Below are positions 1-8,309 of a stretch of 64,000 bases of DNA, piece after piece. The notes below the pieces were generated by a model. That model was not told the DNA's origin, searched no databases, and was given only the letters and a program-made list of their open reading frames with translations. The stretch lies in the NCBI GenBank assembly GCA_965205015.1, contig OZ242029.1, positions 4,256,001 to 4,320,000 on the forward strand. Direction: 5' to 3'. How positions within the stretch are numbered: the stretch's first letter is position 1; each line of letters opens with the position of its first letter. The translations under genes were made by a program, and so were the position numbers. This DNA is from Candidatus Poribacteria bacterium. GTDB lineage: Bacteria > Poribacteria > WGA-4E > WGA-3G.

Positions 1-657
1 GGGCAGCCCCTTATCGGGCGTCTCCAGAAAATCGCAGACCGGTACGGTTTTGAAATTAACCCAGCACGCTATGCAGCAGCACGCGAGAATCTCTATGCGG
101 AGGCATCAGGGTCCGATCCTACCGCGCACGCACTCCTTGAAACGATGCAAGAGATCATTGAGAGTTACCACGACTTTGTAAAAGCACTCGGTGTTCAAGA
201 ACATGTAGAACAGATGACATGGGAACTCTTACAATCCGAACACTCACTTTTCGCTGCCAATGCCGCGACACTCTATGACGATACCGTTCCGACACTTCAG
301 CATTTGCGAGATGCGGGTTTCAAGTTAGCAATCGTTTCCAATTGGGATACGCCGTTGGACCCACTTACCGAGAGACTCGGTATTGCGCACTATTTCGATA
401 TAATTGTCGCCTCGCACGATGCCCGTGTCCGGTCAGCAAAACCAGATCCGCATATCTTCAACTATACGCTCGCAGCGGTCGGTGTTTCGGCAGAAGAGGT
501 TGTCCATGTCGGGGATACCTACGAGGCAGACATCGTTGGAGCACAAAATGCGGGGATCCGTCCGATATTGATTGACAGAGACAACACACAAACCGACAGA
601 TGGCACGAGACGATCCAGAACCTGTCCCAATTACCGGAACTACTTTCCAGGGTATAA
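1..657 (+). CDS. HAD-IA family hydrolase, 5'-truncated by window edge
   Basis: Frame is open from base 1 (GQPLIGRLQKIADRYG...) and aligns with the N-terminal part of the downstream paralog; motifs IVSNWD, KPDPHIF, HVGDTYEADIVGA. Confidence 0.85.
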   Translation, partial: GQPLIGRLQKIADRYGFEINPARYAAARENLYAEASGSDPTAHALLETMQEIIESYHDFVKALGVQEHVEQMTWELLQSEHSLFAANAATLYDDTVPTLQHLRDAGFKLAIVSNWDTPLDPLTERLGIAHYFDIIVASHDARVRSAKPDPHIFNYTLAAVGVSAEEVVHVGDTYEADIVGAQNAGIRPILIDRDNTQTDRWHETIQNLSQLPELLSRV

Positions 658-669
658 AACAAGGAAATT

Positions 670-1371
670 ATGGTAAAGGCTGTTTTCTTTGATTTTTACG
701 AAACATTATGTTTTCACAAGCATTCCCTTGAAGAAAACCTTGAAAGAATTGCTGAAAGGTATGGCGTTGAGGTCAATTGGGAACGCTGTGAAACAGCAAT
801 GGAACGTCTTTTTGCCGGGACATCGTTCCCCGACCCTACGACCGATTTTTCTTTGTTGGAATCGTTGATAACTGTGATGAAGCGAGAATCCGAATTTATC
901 AGGGAAGTCGGCATTGAGAAACACGTAGAACAGATAGCATGGGAGTTGTTGCAATCTGGGCACTACGTCTTTGCGGCGAACAGTGCTACGCTCTACGATG
1001 ACGCTATCCCGACACTTCAGCACTTCCGAGATGAAGGCTTCAAGTTAGCGATTGTTTCCAATTGGGATACGCCGTTGGATCCACTCACCGAGCGACTCGG
1101 TATTGCCGATTATTTCGATGCCATTGTCGCCTCGCACGATGCGCGCGTCAAGTCCGAAAAACCGGATCCACATATCTTCAACTACGCGCTTGCCGCGGTC
1201 GGTGTTTCAGCAGAAGAAGCCATTCACATCGGGGATACTTATGAGGCGGACATTGTCGGAGCAGAAGGTGTAGGGATTCGTCCGATATTGCTTGACAGAG
1301 ACGGCACACAAGCCGGCAGATGGAAAGAGACAATCCAGAGCCTCACCGAATTACCGAAACGACTCGTTTAG
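670..1371 (+). CDS. HAD-IA family hydrolase
   Basis: Motif I VFFDFYETL, plus IVSNWD, KPDPHIF, HIGDTYEADIVGA; AAGGA RBS. Confidence 0.9.
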   Translation: MVKAVFFDFYETLCFHKHSLEENLERIAERYGVEVNWERCETAMERLFAGTSFPDPTTDFSLLESLITVMKRESEFIREVGIEKHVEQIAWELLQSGHYVFAANSATLYDDAIPTLQHFRDEGFKLAIVSNWDTPLDPLTERLGIADYFDAIVASHDARVKSEKPDPHIFNYALAAVGVSAEEAIHIGDTYEADIVGAEGVGIRPILLDRDGTQAGRWKETIQSLTELPKRLV

Positions 1372-1379
1372 TTCTCGGT

Positions 1380-3371
1380 TCAGTAAAGGTAAGGTTTCAT
1401 ATCCCATAACAGGATGGTGCCGTCTAAACTACCGCTCGCTAAGAGTGTTCCGTCCGGCGAGAAAGCGAGCGACTGAATGTCGGTGGGATGACTCCAGAAA
1501 GTAGCAACATTTTCTCCCGTGGTGGCATCCCATAAACGAATGGACATCTTATCGGTGCCTTGCCACGATGCACCAGAAACGAGATATCGTCCACACGGGG
1601 AGAAGGTTAAGGCATCAGGTCTCTGACATCCATGTGGCAAACATATCACCATCCGGGTTTCATAGGTCGTTGCATCCCACAAATGGATCTCTCGGAAAAC
1701 ACCGCCAGCAATCAGGGTTCCGTCGGGAGCAAAGGCAATCGTTTTTGGGGTACTCCTATACGCCGAGCCTTTTTCCAACCATTCGAGTATTTTCTGAATT
1801 TGGCGATCGTCGCCTTTATATTTAGACGTATCTCGGGGTCGGTTTGAGGAGAGTTCAGTGATCAGTTTCCCGCTTTCAATATCCCACAATCGGGCTTTTT
1901 CCTCATGGTGTGCACTCGCAAGATACTGTCCATCCGGTGAAAAGGCGATCGACCAGATCCAATCCGTATCTTCCGTGAAGATTTGAAGTTCATAGCCGTG
2001 TTCCACATCCCATACGCCTAAAACACCGTTAGCATCCGCGCTCACCAGTAGATTTCCTTTGGGAGAGAAAGCGAGGGCATAGAGGACTGCCTGATGTCCA
2101 GTAAGTTCAACAGGTGGAGTGTCTGGTTTCCCAAAGTCCCATACTCTCACAATCTTATCGTAGGAGGTGGCAGCTAATTTGTTGCCACAGGGTGAAAAAT
2201 CAATAGAACGGATCGTCTGAAGACCTTCGCATTTGAATGTTGTCTGCAGTTTTAATGCCTGAACATCCCGTAAACGAATTTCACCTAACCAACAGCCGGC
2301 AGCCAACTTGTTTCCATCAGGTGAAAATGCAACAGCCCCACACACAGAATCGTGGTCACGGATAGCAGGAGACTGGGGTGCGAGGTCTCCGATGCTCCAC
2401 GTCCGAATGGTATCTGTACCACCGATAACTAACTGCGAACCCGTCTGTGAAAAACGGAATCGCTGGACAATTTCTTTATACGTTAAGGTCGCTACCTTTC
2501 GGGTCCGTTCCACATCCCAAACGGTAAGCGTCGTTCCAGAAGCCATTGCAGCAAGCAAAACGCCGTCAGTTGAATAGGCGTATTGCACCAATCTCGTCGC
2601 CTCTGGCATTGATGTGATAATGGGATGTGGTTCATTAGCGGTGAGTTTGTCAGTTTCCCATTTTTGAAGACTGCCATCCCAATCCACCGAGGTCAGGAAC
2701 TCACCACACGGTGAAAAAAGCAGGGCAATTACTATGGCTGAGTGTCCAGTGAGGTGAGCAACACGTTCACCGGTTTTGATGTTCCAGACGGAAAAGGTAT
2801 TTTCGGGGGTTGCTCCTATGAGGAGCTTTCCGTCAGGTGAAAAAGTAAGTGGAATGCGAGTGGGATAATGACGAGGTTGGAGTTCTTCATCAACGGCAAA
2901 TTTCGCGATCTGTTCACCAGTTTCGAGGTGCCAAATGTAAATCGCATCGTATCTTCCACCAGAGGAGGCTAAGCATTGCCCATCCGGTGAAAAAACAAGC
3001 TCAGAAGCCCGATCAAATTGTCCCATCCGTTGCATGTTCACAAGGCAACGGTGATTCTGCACATCCCAAACTTTAATCTCACCGTCTTGGTTGCCGGTGG
3101 CAAGTAGCGTACCATCCGATGAAAATTTAAGGGCGGAAATCATCCCTCGTTCTGTTTCCCACAATGCGATAGGCTTCATCGTGGCAAGTTCATACCACCA
3201 AACCCCAATCGATGTTCCAACAACGAGATACTTTTCATCTGGCGAAAATTCAAGCGGCCCGACCGTTCCGCGTCCTAACCGAGCAATTGCGCCTTCTGGG
3301 AGTGCCCAAGTGCTGACATCCGTATCTATGCCTGTTTCTTCGGAAACCGTCTGAGGATTTGGATTTAGCAC
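1380..3371 (-). CDS. WD40 repeat protein (double beta-propeller)
   Basis: Many FSPDG...LAS...LWD repeats; N-terminal WALPEGAIARLGRG motif; AGGAGG RBS before GTG. Confidence 0.9.
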   Translation of the reverse strand: MLNPNPQTVSEETGIDTDVSTWALPEGAIARLGRGTVGPLEFSPDEKYLVVGTSIGVWWYELATMKPIALWETERGMISALKFSSDGTLLATGNQDGEIKVWDVQNHRCLVNMQRMGQFDRASELVFSPDGQCLASSGGRYDAIYIWHLETGEQIAKFAVDEELQPRHYPTRIPLTFSPDGKLLIGATPENTFSVWNIKTGERVAHLTGHSAIVIALLFSPCGEFLTSVDWDGSLQKWETDKLTANEPHPIITSMPEATRLVQYAYSTDGVLLAAMASGTTLTVWDVERTRKVATLTYKEIVQRFRFSQTGSQLVIGGTDTIRTWSIGDLAPQSPAIRDHDSVCGAVAFSPDGNKLAAGCWLGEIRLRDVQALKLQTTFKCEGLQTIRSIDFSPCGNKLAATSYDKIVRVWDFGKPDTPPVELTGHQAVLYALAFSPKGNLLVSADANGVLGVWDVEHGYELQIFTEDTDWIWSIAFSPDGQYLASAHHEEKARLWDIESGKLITELSSNRPRDTSKYKGDDRQIQKILEWLEKGSAYRSTPKTIAFAPDGTLIAGGVFREIHLWDATTYETRMVICLPHGCQRPDALTFSPCGRYLVSGASWQGTDKMSIRLWDATTGENVATFWSHPTDIQSLAFSPDGTLLASGSLDGTILLWDMKPYLY

Positions 3372-3494
3372 CGTGCTCCTCCTATTTCAAAATGACCCTT
3401 TTGCGCATAGGTGAAATTTCATCTGCCCGCAGTTGATAGAAATAACAGATTGCATCAGTGGTTGTTCTTGAATGAGGTGTTGGATTTAAGGATA

Positions 3495-4682
3495 TCACGA
3501 CAGCCCAACTCCTGTTTCGTAAACATCGTTCTGGACTAACCATACCGAAACTGCCTGAACGAGAATCTGATTCGCCCGTTCAACAATTGGGTTTAAAGAT
3601 GGAATATTGGCAAACATCTTATGTGCTCGGTGTTTCAAGTTTGCAATGGATGGCAACTCAAGGATTTTCATCTCTTTGAGGAATGCTTCAACCTCTGATT
3701 GACTGATGCGAGCACGGTTACGCAGTTCTTCCAACTTCGGTGTGTGCGCCCAGGTTTTTAAAACCGTTTTACCGATGTGTTCAATCGAAAAACTCGCAGC
3801 GAGTTGTTGCGCGGCATTTTCGATGGTTGTTAGAGATAATCTACGTTTTCCTTCAACCACATGTGCTGGCGGTAAACGTAGATCCCAAACGATTCTAAAG
3901 AAGGACAAAGTTCTTAGGATATAGTATGTGATATCAATTTGCCACCAATGGAAGCCTTGGGGAGTAGCACTCGGGAAGTGGTGGTGATTGTTATGCCATC
4001 CTTCCCCCAACGTGATAATAGCCAGAAGCAGGTTATTGCGAGAATGGTCACCTGTGGCGTACCGCTGTTTCCCGAATACGTGAGAGAGAGAATTGATCGT
4101 AAATGTCCCGTGAAAAAGGATCACCGTGCTCACGAAGAATCCTACGATGAGTCCCGACCAACCCGCAATCGCCCAAACGAGAACACCTAATAGGAAGGGG
4201 GGCAATCTGTCCCATTTATTGAGCCAAACGAGTTCTGGGTATTTCTGAAAATCCTTAATTATACCGTAATCTACGGTCCGCCCGCGTTTCGAGAAAATCC
4301 ACAGCACGTGAGAATGCCAAAATCCGTGTTGTACTGGGGAATGTATATCTTGCTCTGTATCGGAGTGTTTATGGTGTTCGCGATGTTTCGCTGCCCACCA
4401 GAGCGCGCCGCGTTGCGCTGAAGTCTGCCCCAGGAATGCCAGAAAAAATTGGAATCCGCGACTTGTTTTGAAGGAACGGTGCGAAAAATAACGATGATAT
4501 CCAGCCGTGATACCGAACATACGGATAACATACAATGCACCGCATATCATCCAGTCGATAGGTTGAACGTCCACCCAGAAAATTGCAAGACAGGCAAGGT
4601 GAACCATTATGAAAGGCAGGACGCGTGGGTGAATAATGTCCTCCGCATGGGAAGGACGTGTAGGGCATGGTTCGGTTGACAA
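3495..4682 (-). CDS. Membrane fatty-acid (acyl-CoA delta-9-type) desaturase
   Basis: His boxes HRYFSH, HREHH and GEGWHNNHH; hydrophobic helices. Confidence 0.9.
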   Translation of the reverse strand: MSTEPCPTRPSHAEDIIHPRVLPFIMVHLACLAIFWVDVQPIDWMICGALYVIRMFGITAGYHRYFSHRSFKTSRGFQFFLAFLGQTSAQRGALWWAAKHREHHKHSDTEQDIHSPVQHGFWHSHVLWIFSKRGRTVDYGIIKDFQKYPELVWLNKWDRLPPFLLGVLVWAIAGWSGLIVGFFVSTVILFHGTFTINSLSHVFGKQRYATGDHSRNNLLLAIITLGEGWHNNHHHFPSATPQGFHWWQIDITYYILRTLSFFRIVWDLRLPPAHVVEGKRRLSLTTIENAAQQLAASFSIEHIGKTVLKTWAHTPKLEELRNRARISQSEVEAFLKEMKILELPSIANLKHRAHKMFANIPSLNPIVERANQILVQAVSVWLVQNDVYETGVGLS

Positions 4683-4864
4683 TATAATTCTCCTTGCTAC
4701 GTATAGCAGTTAAGTTATGTCTATTCAAATTGTTTCGTACACAGGAATTTATCAGGGTACAATGGTTGTTAGTGTGTTATTAGAACAGAATTAAGAATAC
4801 CACGTTTTGTCAGAGGAGTCAAGCTCTTCTATTTTTGGGTGGGACTATTCAGTGTGTTTCTCCT

Positions 4865-5086
4865 TTATTTTTCAGGGGGTGTTTCGGGTTTGCTTTCGGT
4901 ATCGTCCGTATTGACGTTTCGTTGTGTCATCTCAGCGACAATACCGATAACCGTTGCACTCAGGAGCATTGAGAGTGTGTCATTGACAAACAAACCAAAG
5001 ATGTCCTGACAGATAAAAAACCCGACGGTCATCAACACAACCTTGATGTTCCATAACAGAAAACGTTTCAGCCCTTTTAAGATCAT
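4865..5086 (-). CDS. Small hypothetical membrane protein (2 TM)
   Basis: Two hydrophobic segments; starts 3 nt after the upstream stop. Confidence 0.55.
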   Translation of the reverse strand: MILKGLKRFLLWNIKVVLMTVGFFICQDIFGLFVNDTLSMLLSATVIGIVAEMTQRNVNTDDTESKPETPPEK

Positions 5087-5089
5087 GGA

Positions 5090-5449
5090 TCACCACCACT
5101 TGCGGATCGAGGGCCGGAGCCTCCCAATGACGATGCCGAACATCATGCCGACAGCAAAAAGAGCGACGTTCTCATAGAGTTCGGTGCCCTTCTTATCTCT
5201 GATGTCTTCACGAAGCCGTTGTAGTGCCTGCTTCTCTCTTGCCATTTGCTGTTTCTGACGCTCCCGTTCGATTGTTCTGTGTTCTCGCTGTGCCGTCTTT
5301 TCGGCTTTTCTTGCGGATTTGGCGGCGACTTTGGTGGCTTTTCTATCTTCCTTTGGGGTGGGGCGTTGCTCGGATGCCCAAGTGCCTCTGAGACAGATGC
5401 CCATCAGAACCGCAGCGACGATGACACAGACGAGTGTTGCCTTTTGCAT
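5090..5449 (-). CDS. Hypothetical protein: signal peptide, charged coiled coil, C-terminal TM
   Basis: GGAGG RBS before ATG 5449 (MQKATLVCVIV...); K/R/E-rich helix; C-terminal VALFAVGMMFGIVIG. Confidence 0.65.
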   Translation of the reverse strand: MQKATLVCVIVAAVLMGICLRGTWASEQRPTPKEDRKATKVAAKSARKAEKTAQREHRTIERERQKQQMAREKQALQRLREDIRDKKGTELYENVALFAVGMMFGIVIGRLRPSIRKWW

Positions 5450-5477
5450 ACGATTGCCTCCAGACAACAGGTTGTTT

Positions 5478-5762
5478 TCAAAATCCCGCACAACCTGCAA
5501 AGCGAGATTCCTTTGGAGGAATATCCCCGACGAACCGCGTCGCAGACAGCCGGAGCACTCTTTCAACTGCCTGTTGACACCGCGTGCGGATGTCGATCGC
5601 TGGAAGGCGTTTATCACCGGTGAGCATACCACGCGGTTGAAAGGGAATCAGCTGATAGTTACCAAGCGCGAGGACTTCGTTATACTTTCCTGCCTGATCA
5701 AGACCGACAGTCGCTATACCTGTAATACAAGCAAAAATAAAAGTTGCTATGAAATATCTCAG
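5478..5762 (-). CDS. Small hypothetical exported protein, possible CTG start
   Basis: AAAGGAG 7 nt before CTG at 5762; hydrophobic N-terminus RYFIATFIFACITGIA. Confidence 0.4.
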   Translation of the reverse strand: MRYFIATFIFACITGIATVGLDQAGKYNEVLALGNYQLIPFQPRGMLTGDKRLPAIDIRTRCQQAVERVLRLSATRFVGDIPPKESRFAGCAGF

Positions 5763-5803
5763 TGTTTTTCTCCTTTGTAAGTTATAGGTTGTGAAGTTCA
5801 CAG

Positions 5804-6460
5804 CTAATGTGTGTGCATAGGTTTCGGCTCAATCGGCTCTTCACGCTCCAGGGCATCCTTGCGCTCATCGGTTTTCTCGAACTCTGCCATGAGAAACTTT
5901 CCCCTCTCAATATCTTTGAGGCGTTCAGATTCAGGTATGTGTGTCGCTTCATAAGCAGGACGGTAATTGTATTTTTCAAGGAGCGATATTAATTCGTTCT
6001 CCACACCATCAAATTCAGTCGTCAGTTTCCAATACTTTTTCATGTATTCTATGTCTGCCATGAACCAAGTGGCGGTCCGATGGGCATCTGCCAATACAGC
6101 CTGATGCTCTTTGCAGTCAGGATACTCCTTATAATGCTTTGCGACATAGTTATCTCGGACGCGCGCATAGACATCTTCCTTTGGAGTGGTTCTCAGGTAT
6201 CCCTCAACAGCCTTTAGGGTCGAAAGCGAGACGGACACATCGGCGGGCATTACCCCCCGCGCATCGACACTTGTATCTTCGAGCGGGCGGCATAAGTGCC
6301 AACGCCACTCATTGAGTTTAGAAGGGTCGATAGGTTCTGCGGAGAAGGAAATGTAAACTTTTTGCTGTTCTTGGCTGGTGATGTGCTGCCCACAAAATAT
6401 TCCACCGCTGGCGATAATTGGGACACAAACGACCAATATCCAAACTTTTTTGGCTAACAT
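5804..6460 (-). CDS. Hypothetical membrane-anchored protein (YPDC paralog 1)
   Basis: AAGGAG RBS; N-terminal TM; similar to 6595-7215. Confidence 0.7.
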   Translation of the reverse strand: MLAKKVWILVVCVPIIASGGIFCGQHITSQEQQKVYISFSAEPIDPSKLNEWRWHLCRPLEDTSVDARGVMPADVSVSLSTLKAVEGYLRTTPKEDVYARVRDNYVAKHYKEYPDCKEHQAVLADAHRTATWFMADIEYMKKYWKLTTEFDGVENELISLLEKYNYRPAYEATHIPESERLKDIERGKFLMAEFEKTDERKDALEREEPIEPKPMHTH

Positions 6461-6594
6461 TTTCAAACTCCTTGTCGCTACTCTTTGTAGATCAGATGAG
6501 ATTGCGAAAATCGCGACCGATTGAATTACCTTGCCTAATAGTGGTAGTAAAGTGTTCGAGGTTCAGTCGGGGTTCGTTCATAAAGGTCATCCTG

Positions 6595-7215
6595 TCAATG
6601 TTTGTGAGTGTGTTGCGGGTCCGGCTCTACTGGCTCCTGGTTGATTAAATCAATTAATCTTACTTGGAGGTCATAAATCCGTTTTTCAATAGGATTCGCA
6701 AAAATCTGAAGTCTCCGCTTTTTTCTGTGACGCATCTGACCTCTCAATTTTCTTATATCGGATGCCAACTTGTTCATTTCCTCCACCTTCTTGTCGAAGT
6801 CCATTTCAATAGAAGCGTCAGACATGTAAAAACTCATTTTTTTGTGGTAAGGTCTAAATCCTGGCAAACGCCGATTGAAAATCTTGATCGTTTTCCTCCC
6901 TAAATGAATAATCTCATTCATAAGCACACTTTTTTTCCCCTTGTAGGTATAGTGATCCACTTCATATTGGGCGTGGCGTTTTGCATCTGCTTCCAGCATC
7001 TGTTCCTGTGTGCAATCGGGGTATTTCTGTAAGTGCGTCTTTTTATATGACTGGTAAGCTGAATTATATTTCTTATCCAGATCAACTTCTTTATCCAGAT
7101 CAATATATTCAGGTGTCGGTTCTTGATGTGTGATGTAGTATCCCCAAATTGAGCCGCAGATCAGGACACCTATCAACGTCAGCAAAATCGGCGCGCCAAT
7201 ACGTTTCCTCGACAT
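6595..7215 (-). CDS. Hypothetical membrane-anchored protein (YPDC paralog 2)
   Basis: AAGGAG RBS before ATG 7215; N-terminal TM; similar to 5804-6460. Confidence 0.7.
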   Translation of the reverse strand: MSRKRIGAPILLTLIGVLICGSIWGYYITHQEPTPEYIDLDKEVDLDKKYNSAYQSYKKTHLQKYPDCTQEQMLEADAKRHAQYEVDHYTYKGKKSVLMNEIIHLGRKTIKIFNRRLPGFRPYHKKMSFYMSDASIEMDFDKKVEEMNKLASDIRKLRGQMRHRKKRRLQIFANPIEKRIYDLQVRLIDLINQEPVEPDPQHTHKH

Positions 7216-7253
7216 TTTCCGACTCCTTTTGTGTGGGTTGCGAAATCGCAAGC

Positions 7254-8012
7254 CTACCGAATATAATCTGAACGCAACTCAAGTCTCAACAACCGCCATC
7301 CCCCCGTTCTGTCGTCGAGTTCAGCCTTTACAGCGTCTATCTCCGGCAATGCTTCATACGTATCGGCATCTGCCTTCGTGGCAAACTCAAACGCAACCAA
7401 GCGATGCGGGGATTCTCCATAATAGTTGTCGTAAGACGTGATCCTTTTGACTTGATGCGGGGCAACTAATACCGCAGAAATGGAATCCACCCATTCCACA
7501 TACGCCTGTTTTCCGCCAAGCGGATAGTCAACAACATTGATAATCTTCATCTGCCAATCGCCTACCTCACCCGCCGCATAGTCGGAGCGTTGGATAAACG
7601 TATGAACAGTTGTGTCGCTGGACCGATTTGGAAGTTCTTCGAGAATCTCAGCGATCTCTGGACGGTTGAGATACGTTGCCATCTCCAGAAAGCTCCCAAA
7701 CTCAAACTCAACGAGGCGGTGTGGACTTATACCCGCTTCAATATTGTCGTAAGACCGGATCCGAATGACCTCTTTGGGAACTTGCAGTGTTGATGCTATG
7801 GACGCAATCCATTGAAGATACACGTCCTTACCGCTTTCGGGGTAGTCAATGAACCAGACTAACTTCACGGGAATCCCTGGCATCGGTTCATCTGCGGTCG
7901 TGTCCACAGGCATAACGTCAAGCACCTGCTTTTGGGTTCTCTCACAGCCTACGAGTAGAAAAAAGCCAATGAGAAGTATCACTGACAGTTTTGCGAATCT
8001 CAAAATCATCAT
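7254..8012 (-). CDS. Lipoprotein with two tandem alpha/beta (EthD/DABB-like) domains
   Basis: GGAGG RBS; lipobox LLVGC; internal repeat DYPxxGKxxYxxW...SYDN...SPHRLVxFEF twice. Confidence 0.7.
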   Translation of the reverse strand: MMILRFAKLSVILLIGFFLLVGCERTQKQVLDVMPVDTTADEPMPGIPVKLVWFIDYPESGKDVYLQWIASIASTLQVPKEVIRIRSYDNIEAGISPHRLVEFEFGSFLEMATYLNRPEIAEILEELPNRSSDTTVHTFIQRSDYAAGEVGDWQMKIINVVDYPLGGKQAYVEWVDSISAVLVAPHQVKRITSYDNYYGESPHRLVAFEFATKADADTYEALPEIDAVKAELDDRTGGWRLLRLELRSDYIR

Positions 8013-8309
8013 CAATCCTCCTTGTTTGCGAAAAATAGCGTCAACTCTCAGATCGGTAGATAGCAGACAGGTTTTCGCGATCCAGCGCATGGAACCTGCC
8101 ATCCAGTCAGAAGCATTACAATGTAAAAGCAGTTTTCCGACATACTCAGGTCGATGCAACGAGACGTCAAAACCTAATCTCTATAACGGCGGCGGGGGCG
8201 AGGGGGTTAGAAGGATCGCCCCCATAAGAAGATTCTGACGTTGGCGGGTGGGGTCAAAATCTGTTAGAGGGCCCCACCCATACGCTCGCCAGCACGGGGT
8301 CTTGATCCT

